The notes beneath the pieces are model-generated. The model ran no database searches, was not told where the DNA came from, and saw only the letters and a list, made by a program, of their open reading frames with translations. From positions 18,824,805-18,888,804 of the forward strand of contig OZ316894.1 of the NCBI GenBank assembly GCA_973895155.1: 64,000 nucleotides of DNA, read 5' to 3'. The stretch is from Marsupella aquatica. Its lineage: Eukaryota; Plantae; Marchantiophyta. Positions 1 through 12,376 of the stretch are shown one piece after another (the stretch's first letter is position 1; every line of letters starts with the position of its first letter). Both the position numbers and the translations under genes were made by a program.

Positions 1-923
1 GTGGGGACATCCAGACATGTCCTACTTTGCCTTCACTCGAGACCTTCTCCAGGGAAAGCCGATCACCATTCACCAGGGCCAAGACAAGACTGATCTTGCG
101 CGAGACTTCACCTACATTGATGATGTTGTGAAAGGATGTGTGTCGTCCTTGTCCAGTGCTAAAACAAGTACGGGAAGTGGAGGTAACAAGATGGGTCCCG
201 CCCAGCTCCGAGTTTCTATCTGGACAACACTTTCCCAGTCATGGTGCACACTCTGGTGGAGATCCTGGCCCTCTTGAGCTGGGCAAATTTAGGTGTTGCC
301 CAACACCTCCACTCCGGTTCCAAACTGGGCCAAAAGACCCATATTCCTCAACCGGTCCCAAATTCTCCCAAACCCCTTCCCAAACCTTTCCTGGGCTCCC
401 CAGGAGTCCCCACTTTAGCCAGCAGGTCTCCCAGTTTGGGGTTGGGGTCAGGATGGGGTTGGGTTGGGTTGGGGCGGGGTTGGGACCAGGTCGGGACAAG
501 ATGTGGACCGGGCGGAGTCAGGATGGGGTTGGGGACCAGGCAGGGTCAGGACGGGGTTGGGCCGGGATGTGGTTGGGGTGGGGTCGGGACCGGGCAGTCG
601 GGACAACCACATGTGACGGATGACTGGGTCCAGACCCCTCATTTGCTGGGCAAGTCCAAACCGGAGATCCTGGATACTCATCTTGGCAAGCAGGCAAAGA
701 CAGTCCTGGTTAACATGCATGGGCGAGAATGGTGGTGACGTCTCCATTCACAAATGTGTCTCTGGCTGAAGCTGAACTTGGATACCAGCCCACCACAGAT
801 CTCAAGACTGGCTTGAAGCATTTTGTTGATTGGTACTTGCAATTCTATGGTACCTCAAGATCAACAAGAAGTTACATTTTGGCAATAAAATGGTACATTT
901 TTGCAATTATAATGGCAGGATAG
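1..923 (+). pseudogene. GAE: UDP-D-glucuronate 4-epimerase (GAE family) C-terminal half, disrupted
   Basis: Translated pieces match plant GAE motifs: WGHPDMSYFAFTRDLLQGKPI..DLARDFTYIDDVVKGC..STGSGG, then VMVHTLVEIL..HLGKQAK, then NVSLAEAELGYQPTTDLKTGLKHFVDWYLQFYG. Reading them requires frameshifts near 215 and 725-740, and a 394-bp insertion sits at 269-662. The 5' part lies outside the window. Confidence 0.88.
269..662. mobile_element. 394-bp G/C-run-rich insertion with 11-bp target-site duplication
   Basis: GGAGATCCTGG occurs at 258-268 and 663-673. Removing the insert plus one copy restores GAE LVEILDTHLGK. Confidence 0.85.
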
Positions 924-2689
924 AAGGCCCCTCACCCTTCATTATAATACAAACCTCAGCAGTTATGTAGGCCACAACCCCTGGGTGCAAGAAAAAAAGC
1001 TTTCACTATTTATTCTCCTTTCAAATTTCCTTTTACCCAATGCAGATGAACCCTGAGACTGGCAGAGGAGGCCTTTTTGTCTGGGCAGAATCCTATCAGT
1101 ATAATAGCAGAACTCTGTTCAAATATACTGATACATATGAATGCCGACATGAGCTGTGACTGCCACATATGTTTGAACACTAACCTATCTTATTTGGATA
1201 ATTGGTTCATAGGGTTTACAACAGCTGAAGGGTGTTCCTGTATTAGATCGAATGGTTGACATTCATTAGGTATATCTCAAGCTTCTGATCATTAGATTCT
1301 GGAGAGTGTCTCTACCAAATTCAGTCTACGTAATCAAGTTAGATTAATCACTGTTAAAAATGGGAAACCTATCTATTTAATAGAGACTCAGAATAGTAAT
1401 TCTTCAGCAAGAGTTGTAGACTTCTTTAGTTCCCCCAATTGACTATTCTTGACTCACTCTCGTAAATATTTACGGGTCTAGTTAGAGACTCTTGTAATTG
1501 TGAAAATTCTGTAAAAAATCCACATCATCCCATAAATTCTAAACCATTGGATCTGTCTAATTGAACCATCTAGATTCTTTTCATGTGTGAGCACTTGTGT
1601 GCACACTCATGTGGGAAAAAAGTGAATACTTGATTCTCAACCATTGGATGTTTCTAATTGGAGCATCTAGATTTCTTGTTTGTGGGAACATTTGTGTATT
1701 CCTTGTATGCAGAATCATGTGAGACAAAAATGAGAACCCGTGTCAGATTGTATTAGAATATTAGATCATGTCATACCAAAAAATAGATGCATGTCCCTCA
1801 TTTTTCTTAACCATGTCATAATGGAATGAGGGTACAAAATAAGGAAAAAAAAAGTCAATCCTAGCCCTTTATCAAAAATGGATTTTTTAGGTACCATCAG
1901 ATCCACCTAGACTCTCCTCACACCTCAAATGTCTGTCAGAATGCCTGCTCGCATCTGCCCAAAACGAAAATTAAAATAAATTTTGGAAATTTTGGAAAAA
2001 TCTGAATATCTACACTATTATTTAAATAACATACTAACAATCACCTACAAATAAAATAAAATAAATAAATAAAACACTCCCTTGTATTGCGTGCCCATGC
2101 ACAAACCTTTCCTCTCCCCAATAACAACACTTTCACAACAATAATCTCGAGGGCCTTACGCCCAGGGGTTCTCATATCACCCCGCATATCACACACAAAA
2201 TTTTGGGCAATAACACATTAAACATAAGTAAAATTTTTAATCACTGATTTTTTAACCACTAATTCTTTTGACTTTTCAGAATCTTCTCATTCAGAAATTG
2301 ATTAAAACAGCCCTAGTGTTCGTCCACAAAAATTTATTAGTCTTTCACAAAATCCAATAAAAAAACCTTTTACTTATTCATGCATTATGGGTCCGAAGAA
2401 AATAAGTGAGGACCCGCGGACAACAACAACAATGATCAAACTGATAACAATTTTACAACACTAACAACCGAACCAAAATGAGGAGACTTTTGCACTATCA
2501 TGGTTGTTTTCCAAATTTTGACTTTTTTCATGCCAACAAAAGACTGTGAAGCAAAACATGGAAGGGGTCAAAGAGACTGGAAAAAAAGAGGGGCAATGAT
2601 CAAGGAGAAAGTGGGAGGCACATGGATGGGAAGACACGGCCTTCAAAGCTCAATGGATGAGAAAAGGGGAATGCAATGATAATTTTTAC

Positions 2690-2934
2690 GCAACACATTC
2701 TTTTACACACCTATATCTTTTATTCCACTGTAACATCCGTTGCATAACAGCATACTTTCTGCAATGATATATTTTGTACATCTTTTGCACAAGGACATCT
2801 TTTATGCAATATCATCTTTTATGTAATGTCATCTTTTATGTAATGTCATCTTTTGGGTAATGACATCTTTTACACTAGAGCATCTTCAATTTGCATAACA
2901 ATATCTGTGGTGTAATGCACAGGTATTGAGCTAG
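2690..2934 (+). mobile_element. Helitron-like 3' terminus with internal short tandem repeats
   Basis: Hairpin ctgtg..cacag (2905-2922) is followed by gtattgagCTAG|T (CTAG 2931-2934). Upstream are tandem 'catctttt atg(c/t)aat' units. The same terminus occurs inverted at 38384. Left boundary is approximate. Confidence 0.6.
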
Positions 2935-3519
2935 TTTTGCATTACAACCAATCACCCAAAACTTCAAATATGTCCTGTAGAGCCCTTAATGGCTGATGAT
3001 AGGAATTATATCACATTACCAAAACTAAACCTCAACTAATATTTTACCCCAAAGTCCTTGCAACACTCAATGGTTCCACCATTGGATCATTCCAACTAGC
3101 CAGAGTTACTTTGGTTAATCAAGAGTGCAAATAGTGGGATTATAATGACTTAACATAAAATAGTGACAAAGTATCCAATTCCATTCTTTTTGGTGCCCCT
3201 GAAGCCTGTAGTTGATCTAAGGGTGCACTAGACAACAAGGGCACATGAGAACCTTCAAGTCAGGTTGGACTTATCTACAGTATTTGTAGGTAGTGTTACA
3301 TGTTTGGGACAGGCTCCTTCTTGGGCTTTTTGAGGGATGAGGGTATGAAAAAAATCAAATGATGTGTTAGTTGGCTTTAAGTTACAACTTGTTGGATGTA
3401 CTTGTGTGCAACTCTTCAGAACTTTTCTTAGGAGGACTCTAAGTGGATTGCAGGAGTGTGATTCCCCACCAATCAAGCAAAACTTGCTTGTGCACTGAAG
3501 CTGACTAAGCCAACTTCAT

Positions 3520-4490
3520 CATTTAGATCATTTTTGTGCTTTTTAAATTCATTTCTATTGCAATGGATAGAAATAACTCCAAGTTTATCACTTACAGAAT
3601 AGACATGGTGGTCTATTTTAATAAAATCTTAGTAAGTACCAATGAAGGTAGAAGTTAAGAATAAGGCAAACGCAAAGCTAGTCAATGATTAGTTTTCCAC
3701 AGAACACACATATTGTGACACAAATGCCTTGTAAGCAAATTTACCTAAGCCGACCTTAAGCCAAGTTGACACAGGCAGATCAAACCTGAGCTGACCTCAA
3801 CTGAGCCAATCTGACCAGAAAAAACCTTGTCTAAGCCAAGTTGACCTTTGCCAACCTAATCTATCTAAGCTAACTTCAAAATTCTTACCAACGTTGTGCA
3901 TTTTGCATTTTTTAATTTCATTTCTATTGGATAAAAAAGGTGTGAGTTTACTATCTAATAGTATAGACATAGCCCTATACTCTGGTAAAAGCTGAGTACC
4001 ATTGGAACTTGAAGTTGAGACATCAAAATGTACATTCAAAGATATATAAAATAGACAAAGCGGGAGACAAAGATAGCCAATGATCAGTTTGCCACACTAT
4101 ACACAACTCTCTTCTTAGGGTGATTTACCTAAGATGATTTCACTTAAGCTGCTTTACCTAAGGTGACCTTAAGTTGACCTGACCTAAGCAGATCTGACCC
4201 CAGCCGACCTTACCTAAGCCAAATTGACATTTTCTGATGTTGTATATGCTGAATTCAAAATTTTTACTTTCATTTGTACTTGATTTAAAAGTTGAAAGTT
4301 TTAGAGCTCGTAGAATAGACATGGTGACCATATACTGTGGCAAAATCTTAGTACCAATGGAGCATGGGGTCAAGAATAAAAAATAGGCAAAGATAGCCCA
4401 CATTTGTCTGATTAGTATGCCACATAAGACATAATTAAATGCCTTCAATTCTAAGCTGATTTGACCCAGGCAGATCTGACCTAGGAGGAC
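3520..4490. repeat. Three degenerate ~360-bp tandem units containing 'gacctaagc' sub-repeats
   Basis: The block tt(c)attt(c/g)ta..atagacat..agtacca(a/t)tg..caaag(a/c)tag recurs near 3540, 3905 and 4260. Confidence 0.6.
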
Positions 4491-5854
4491 CTAAAGAAAA
4501 ACAGTATTCATTATAGGAGACAGTGCTTGCTCTCTTGTTTATTTGGGTTTGAGTGGTCCTCACCCTCTTTCCCCCTTTATTCCTCAAAAAAAAAGAAAAA
4601 CAATTCAATCAATCTACAAATCAATGTGGCATGGAAGAACTAGAAATAAATTAAACCTCATAACTCTTTCCATGATAGGTGACGGGTTGTGAAATGAATG
4701 TCTTTTCGCATATGAATGGACATCCTTATTGCTAGTTGTGTTGAGGAACCAGGGTACAACGCACAATCTATCATTCTTGACTTAAAGAAGTTTGGTTCAC
4801 CCTATTTAGGGTGCGTCCTTGACCAAAAGGAAAAATTGACTAAATATATTAACACCATACATTGGCCATAGCTTGACAAATCACATGCTGAGCTCCATAA
4901 CACTATAGTCTTCTCTCTCTCCACTCTCCAACTCTTCACCATTGATATCTAGTGTGGGCACAATGAAGTGTTCCTCCAAGGTATAGGCCCTCTCCACTAG
5001 TCTAACCTTAGCAGCACTAATTCATGGTAAAGTACATTGTGTTAGGAGAGTTAACCTATTTAACCACTTGCTTGAGTTAAGTATCAAGAAGTTGTTAACC
5101 CTTGCTACTCTCAACAATGTTGTTATGGATGGGGCACTTGTAAAAGAACCCTACATCCTAATTCTCCCTCCCCCACCTTCCCTTATCACATCAAACAACT
5201 TTCCTTTTGGTAGAGTCCAATTGAGAGAAAAGTGGTTGGAAATTTAAAGCTCAATGATGTTACTAAACAATTCACAACTAGACCCACATACTGGTTGGAA
5301 CAGAAATTGACCAGTTGACCAATTTCATGAAGAAACGTACATATGAAGACTTGATACTTGGCATTCATAGGCATCATGTTATCTGTAGTGATGATGGATG
5401 GGCTAGGGGTCTATTAAGGCGATCCAAATTTGTTTCAAATCGGGTCTCAAATAGGGAATATGATTGTGACAGGACTATTTGTCTTGAACTAAAGAAACTC
5501 ATTTATCTAGATTCATTGCAGAAATACAAATGCATATAACAATAGGAAACCCTAAGAGCTGCATCAAGGAGGGGAACCCTCCAAAAAACAGTCAGTACAG
5601 GAAATCAACAGTCTCAAATAGAGACAGGAAAAGCACTGCTTACCAGTCTCATAAAACTCAGCTCCACTACAGTAGACATCCCTGTAAACTACAAAGCGAA
5701 ACAGATTCTAGGATATCAATTAATGAATATAATTTCAAGTTACTGAAGGAGAGCCATCAGTGACATAGCTGGAAGGATCACAAAATTAGTTTGAATCAGA
5801 GTGCCCAGGTAATTTTCATTGTGTTAATATAAAATAGTAGAGCTTGTGTGTTTT

Positions 5855-6045
5855 TTATGTCTCCTCTTTCTCTACTTTCCTTGCAGGTGATAAACTAAAA
5901 ATTAATTTAGGACTTACAATCATCAAATTATAAGCCCAAAACTCCCATGGAGTTTATGTCTCTTCTTTCTCTAGTTGTCTTGCAGGTGTTAGACTAAAAA
6001 CTTAATTTAGGACTAATTATCATCAAACTATAAACCCAAAACTCA
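5855..6045. repeat. ~98-bp tandem duplication
   Basis: tttatgtctc(c/t)tctttctcta..ttgcaggtg..actaaaaa..taatttaggact..atcatcaaa..ataa(g/a)cccaaaactc occurs twice. Confidence 0.7.
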
Positions 6046-9000
6046 CATTAACCACCAAAATGTGGTTCACCAGAGCTCTGACATGGAGGTCCAACCTGCT
6101 TCACTTTCATTGTTTGGGTAAGATAAAAACCATTGCAGGAAAAATTAAAATGGCCACACAAGAAAGTCCAGAAGCAAGTTTAAATTACTCTTTGGCAGTC
6201 AAAGATAGCTAAGCCCGGTTTAAATAATTCATTGACCTAGAGAGGCATGGGTATGTGATAATTCACTTGTGTTGAGATTCATATTGTTCCCTTTCTATGT
6301 GGTTTCACAAATTTCCCCTTTATAAAAATCAAACTAACTTGGCCAGCAGGTAGGCGCGAGCAGAAACGATTCCCGGTGCAGCCGTGGACGACCAGGAAAT
6401 ACAAAACGACATAGGCTACACGGAAAGAAAGTTGCCGTAAGTTGCGGCAGAATCTACATACGTGTGGTCCACGCCATGCAGGTACCCCCACCCTTAGTTC
6501 AATCTAACGGATGGTGCGGTCCTCATCCTAGGAGCCGGGACATCTCTACCGTACATTGTTTGATTAATTAAATGCACCGACGACGAATCTCGGAATCTGT
6601 GTTGCCGTGCAGCGGATTTTTACCCGTGCTCGGCGTTTGTCTTCTTCCCGGGCCACAGAAAGAGCGTAAGGAGGTGGACACGTCATTCGACTGTGGCCGT
6701 CCATCGGACGCTCTAAATGCCCTCATCTGTCCGTCCGTGGGTGTTGGTTCGAATGTGGGCCCCGACGGCCACGTGGGACCATGACCATCTCTCGCCAAGC
6801 TCTCGCCAATCTCTCGCCAGTGGCGATATCACCAAGCATTCGCGAGTAGATAGCGAAGGTATATGAGATCGCCAACTCTTTGGATGAATTCTTTCGGATC
6901 CTTGAGGTGAATTTTCAATCAAGAGTTCTGATTGAAAATTCAAGGTAGGGTGATAAAAAGGCAAGTTTTAAAGGGTAAGCAACTAATAGGGCCTCTCAAA
7001 TTTGACATGCCACAGAAAGATCTCCAGCCCACAAGTGTGAATTACAGAGTCGGTCACATGTGAAAGGACCAGGTTTTGTGAGTCCGCCACTTTACTTCCG
7101 GGAACAAGTGCGCCTTGGTCCTGAGGGATAGTTCCTCAACAACGGTCCCCCGCTATCGCAAACTAAAACCCTAATGAGTGGCAAACACAAAACCCTAGTA
7201 ACGCTTTGGGTAAACCACAGGGTCGCCAAGAGGAATTTAAGAAGATTTCACAGATGGCAAATTAGAAAAGAATGGTGCAACACAAACAGTGAACAAAAAA
7301 TGGGAGGAAGCTGAAACTAGCTCAGGATTCAAGGCGCACAAGAAGGCAACTGAGTAGGGAGGGACATTGTATGATTGTATGAGGACCTCGGGAAGGTTGT
7401 GAAAGGCACCTAAGGAGAAGTGGCAAGCGGGGGACTACTTGGGACTGGGTGACAAAGGTAGATCAGGAGTAGTGGCGAGTGGGCATGGATACTTGCTGTG
7501 CTGCTACTGTTCAAAGATAAAGTTCCTTTGTAGTACTTGTTGAGAATGAGGGCAAGTCAGGATTTGGCAAATTTTTGCCATTAGAAAAACACTGGCCTGG
7601 GGCCTGAATTATGGGAAAGACACAATTTGGTATGATCAACACTAAAAAAGAGGGCCCCATGGCAATGTTTTGAAATCTAGTGCGTCATGGTGCTCTCTAT
7701 ACAAATAGTGCACCCAGGATGACTGTCCATTACATTTGAGTTTTGTCCATTGGTTTTTATACTTGTGACATTGTTTCAAAATTGTATGTTCTGTTTTAAC
7801 ATTGACATTGTATTTGAACTCACAAATTATGTTCAAGTATGACCTATGAGCACCGCTTTAGATTAATTTAGTATATTAGCAGGACTAAGGGGCATGTAAT
7901 TTATGCATCTTAGAGAGCAGTGGTTGAGTTCATGCTTCTCCACTGGGTTTGTGTGAAGGGCTTGTGAGACCTGTGACTAATATGTTAAGGTTCTTCACAT
8001 TGCTGTTGGTGGCATTTGAATTGAGTTCTCGGCCTTCGTTATGTTGAGCATAGATGACAATCGCAACGACAAGCCCATGAACCATCAAACACACAAGTAT
8101 CCGCACAGAGAGATATGTGGTTCACCTCCCACATGACGTTACATCCACGGGAACACACAACAACTTTACTGCACTCTAGATCAATCGGCCATACCAAGTA
8201 TCTACAACGCAAGCTCTCCCTATCTCTCAAATGGATATGTTAACAATGAGCCGGAGCTCCTCTATCCAAGCAAACACCACTTGGGTAAAGTGTGTGTGCA
8301 GCATGACTAACCTAACATACTCTACAACTAAGTTAACCCTAACTGCAATATAGTTATAACTCTATACCTAAAAGTAAACCCTATTAACACTTTCTACCAG
8401 TTTGGATAAAGTGTGCTTTCAATGCTCTAGAAGTTCCTATGAGCATTGCTGCAGAAGATGTGGGGCTGTTGATAGCTTTTCTGTTCAATTTGCTCCACCT
8501 CCAATTAGAGCAAATGCTAATGAAAGCCAAAGTGTCTACTTTGATTAAATTGAAGAGGCACAAACGCGGATCCTCAATCTATCAGAAAATTTGTTTAGTT
8601 CACTGTTTCCATCTGCCTCCAAGGACGAGGCTCCGAGTTTGGAGTTGTTGTCACATGATTTGTGAATTTGTAACTTTTAAGTTCAATGTAGAACTGGTTA
8701 AGGTCAAAACTCAAACAAAGTATCAAACTCAAACACACCTAAGTGTGTTGTGTTAAACTGGCTTGTGTTCAAGTTCAAGTGTTGTCCGAGTCACATGGAC
8801 CAAATTTTGAACACATGCTAATATTAAAGCATGTCAAAACCATGCAGTAAGTGAGCTACAGCCAAGGACATAAACTAGTTCTATGACAAAGGTTTTTTTT
8901 TAGGGCCTACCTAAATACATGACCTGTAGCGATTACAGTTCCAAAACATGACAGCCCTCATACTTTGCTTGTGGCACTGCTTTGACACACCCTACCGGTA

Positions 9001-11212
9001 GCATAATTTATTTTTTGCCTTGAAAAATCTTTTTGAATTCCATTCAGAAATACAGCATACAAACAGGTGACCACAAGGGCAACACCACAAGAGGACCAAA
9101 GGTGTAAGTGCAAAAAAAACCGGTGAGGCCGGCACCAGGAAATAAACTAGGCCCCAGAGAGGTAGCATAAAGTTTTTGATACTTTGTTATTTTGATACTT
9201 TATTTTCTATACAGGACAAACGAAAGACTTCCGCCCGCCAAATTTCACCCACTCAATTCACAGAGGTGCGTCATAATAATAAGATCACCAACTTTCGCGA
9301 TCGCTTTTTCCGCAGCCAAAACGAACGGCCTTGCCGAGTTGCCGAGGAGCTGCGGATTTGGGAAAGCGTCGATCGATATTGATTGGTCGATGGATTGCTC
9401 GATTGGTTCATTTGCATCGATCCCGGCTGCTTCGGGATTTCGGGATTTCGGGATTCGGGGTTGTCGTGGGCGAGGGAGGGAGATGGTGGAGAAGCAACAC
9501 TACTCTGCAACAGCAAACATCGAACTACAGGAGGAGTACATTGAGTACCTCGCTCGCCTTGCCGATGAAGTCATAGCTTTTAATTAACCAAAGCTACACG
9601 AAAGACTCAAAGACTGATAGAGGGGGATGTACAGGAGCGAACCGACTTAATTATTATAAATGCTCGCCCGGACGTGGGTGGTGGTGCCCGGGCAGCAGGA
9701 AAGTTCGATCTGCGGGATGATGGGGGATGATGATGATAATTATTACGGACTGGCAGGAGGAAGGCGATGAGGGCTCTCATTCAATGCGGAGTTTGTCCGT
9801 CACTCCGTCCGTCTGTCTTCGTCGTGTCGTGGATGGGTCGTGTGCGGCTGGGGCAGGAGATTTCTCTGATCTAGTGATCTGTAATTTGTGTTGCCGCGAT
9901 GCGACGAAATCGAAATCGAAATCGCTGAGATAAGGCAGCGGGCGGGCGGGCGGGCGACGGAGGTTGGTGCCGCCTCGTTTTCCGGGTTGGGTTCAATGGA
10001 TTGGGAACTTCGCTCGCTCGCTTGATGGGATCGTCGGACACCGGTGAAGGAGGAGGACCAGGAGTCCAGGAGGCATGATGTGTTGTACTACTGTGGGAAT
10101 CAAATAATGGTCGGCCTGTGCAAGCGACCGTGGAGGGAGGTCGTGAATTGCTGGCCGGATAGCGGCGCTGGTATGGTGGAGTGGCGAGCGCCCGTGAAGA
10201 TGTTGTGAGTAGAGCAGAGCAAAGCAAACCAGAGAAGAGAAGAGACGAGAAGCGGCACATTGTGCAAAATGATTCGGGTTGTTTCCGAGGGAATCGCGGA
10301 GAATTTATATGGTACATAGGACTTGTTTCGTCTGGTGGATCTTTCCTGTTTGCGAGCAGAGACGGAGACAGGGCAATTTGGAATTACCCACTGACCTGCG
10401 TTGGACCAGGGCGTTAGATTAGGTCTTGTGTGGCTTCTGGAATCGAAGAACGGAAGTGGCTCTCTAAGTTGCCTGTCGCCTTGGGGAATCTCTACGCTTG
10501 CTCGTTGTTGCGGAGATCGGCTCTAGGAGGAGAGATTGCAGTGCGTGGAGGTCATCGTGATCGGTGGAATTTGTAGGAGATAAACGTAGATTGGTGCGGG
10601 GGATATGATGGATTGGAACCTGTTGTCTCCATTTCGATGGATTACTAGAGTTGAGTAGTCTGTCACGAGAAGGAAGAAAACGCTGGCAAGTGGGCCGGGG
10701 TTTTGGTCGATTGCCCATTTGTGAGCGGCGTAGAAGCACACCGATCAAACGCTAAGGTGAGGTGAGATGGGGACAGGCGTTGCATATACAGTTTCTCTCT
10801 CTTGACATAGAGGAAGAGAAAGTGGAGGAAGAGCTCGTGTAACCAGTGCCACTCAAGATTAGGGCAAACATTTTTACGATGCCCCGGTCCGTCTCTCCCT
10901 TGTGGTTCACCTGACAGTCCTTGCTTCTCGTTCTCTCGTGACGGTTCGATAGATGATCAAGAGTGCCATTCCCAGATTGTATTTCAAGGGGGAGAGAATG
11001 GGGTGGGTTGGAATTATTTACATGACCAGAACTTGATAGCATCTCGTTACATCTTAGCGCTGGCCCATTCGACGATATCTTCGGTAGGTAGGTGGTGAGG
11101 TACATCCGATTTTCTTGGCGTGCGCTTCTCGCTACCTCACGCCCAATCGTGTAGGTTTCGTTGGTTCGGCTGCGGTGGGTGCGTTTTGGGAGAGCGGTTT
11201 TGAGCGAGCAAC

Positions 11213-12376
11213 ATGGATTTGACGTCGATGAGGGATGCATTCGATCGTGTGTCAAAGAAACAGAAAGTGTCGTACTCCAAGACACAGGATGTGATTGAGA
11301 AAGTACATAATGAAATTGAGAAAGCCGTCAAAGCGCTCCTTGATATTCCAGCGGAGGAGCAGACAGCTGGAGACCAGATGCGGGTAATCGTGACGGAGCT
11401 TCAAAGCAAACTGGGCGAAATGGGGCCCGGTACGCAGGTTGGAGCCTCTCAAAAGGAAGTAAACCTAGCCGTGAGCAAATACGGTAAAGTTGTGGATAAG
11501 CTCTTCCAAACAGACATCTCCAACGCGTACCGGGATGTTGAATGTGACTCCCAGTCTGTAAACCAGATTGTAGCGCTCCACTTCTATCGACAGGGTCTGT
11601 TCGATCTCGGCGATTGCTTTGTGAATGAGGCTCAGGAGCCCAATGGAGCGTGCTTGAAGGCCCCTTTCTTTGAGATGTATCAAATTCTTGAACGAATGAA
11701 GGCTAAAGATCTGGAGCCTGCCCTGCAATGGGCGGCTGTGCATCGTGAGTCCCTGCAGAAAAAGGGATCAGCCTTGGAATTCAAGTTGCATCAATTGCAA
11801 TTTGTAAGTTTCCTTCATCAGGGAGGAAGGAATTCTGCTCTTCAGTATGCTCGGAGTTCCTTTGGGCCTTTTGCGTCACTGTATATGGCAGATATTCAAA
11901 GGTTAATGGGGTGCTTGCTATGGGCAGGACGATTAGAAGCCTCTCCTTATGCCGATTTTCTCTCTGCAACCCATTGGGATTCGGTTGCCTTGGAGTTCAC
12001 GAGAGAGTGTTGCAGTCTTCTAGGGCAGGCTTATCAGAGCCCACTGCAGGTTACTCTCTCGGCTGGCTCGCAAGCTCTCCCGACACTTCTAAAGCTCGCT
12101 ACAGTGATGGCAAATAAGAAGAATGAGTGGCAAAATATGAAACAACTGCCTGTAGAGATTGAATTGGACAAAGAACATCAGTTCCACTCAATTTTCGCCT
12201 GTCCAGTTTCCCGTGACCAGTCCACCGCCGAGAATCCGCCCATGCTCATGCCATGCGGCCACGTTCTTTGCAAGCAGTCGATCACGAAGCTTGCCAAAAA
12301 TAGTTTCCGAACATTTAAGTGCCCTTATTGCCCCTCAGAAACTACCTTGCCTCAATGCCGGCAAATATATTTCTAG
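11213..12376 (+). CDS. RMD5: RMD5/GID2 homolog (GID/CTLH E3 ligase RING subunit; LisH-CTLH-CRA plus degenerate RING), intronless CDS
   Basis: 387-aa ORF with LisH (QIVALHFYRQG), CTLH (LEFKLHQLQF), FHSIFACPVSRDQ..ENPPMLMPCGHVLC and C-terminal FKCPYCP. Confidence 0.95.
   Translation: MDLTSMRDAFDRVSKKQKVSYSKTQDVIEKVHNEIEKAVKALLDIPAEEQTAGDQMRVIVTELQSKLGEMGPGTQVGASQKEVNLAVSKYGKVVDKLFQTDISNAYRDVECDSQSVNQIVALHFYRQGLFDLGDCFVNEAQEPNGACLKAPFFEMYQILERMKAKDLEPALQWAAVHRESLQKKGSALEFKLHQLQFVSFLHQGGRNSALQYARSSFGPFASLYMADIQRLMGCLLWAGRLEASPYADFLSATHWDSVALEFTRECCSLLGQAYQSPLQVTLSAGSQALPTLLKLATVMANKKNEWQNMKQLPVEIELDKEHQFHSIFACPVSRDQSTAENPPMLMPCGHVLCKQSITKLAKNSFRTFKCPYCPSETTLPQCRQIYF

Noticed and set aside
138-747. 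Several overlapping Gly/Pro-rich ORFs
   Set aside because: They are by-products of the GC-rich insertion in the GAE pseudogene.
7983-8389. Possible solo LTR (TGTTAA..TTAACA)
   Set aside because: No target-site duplication at either candidate boundary.
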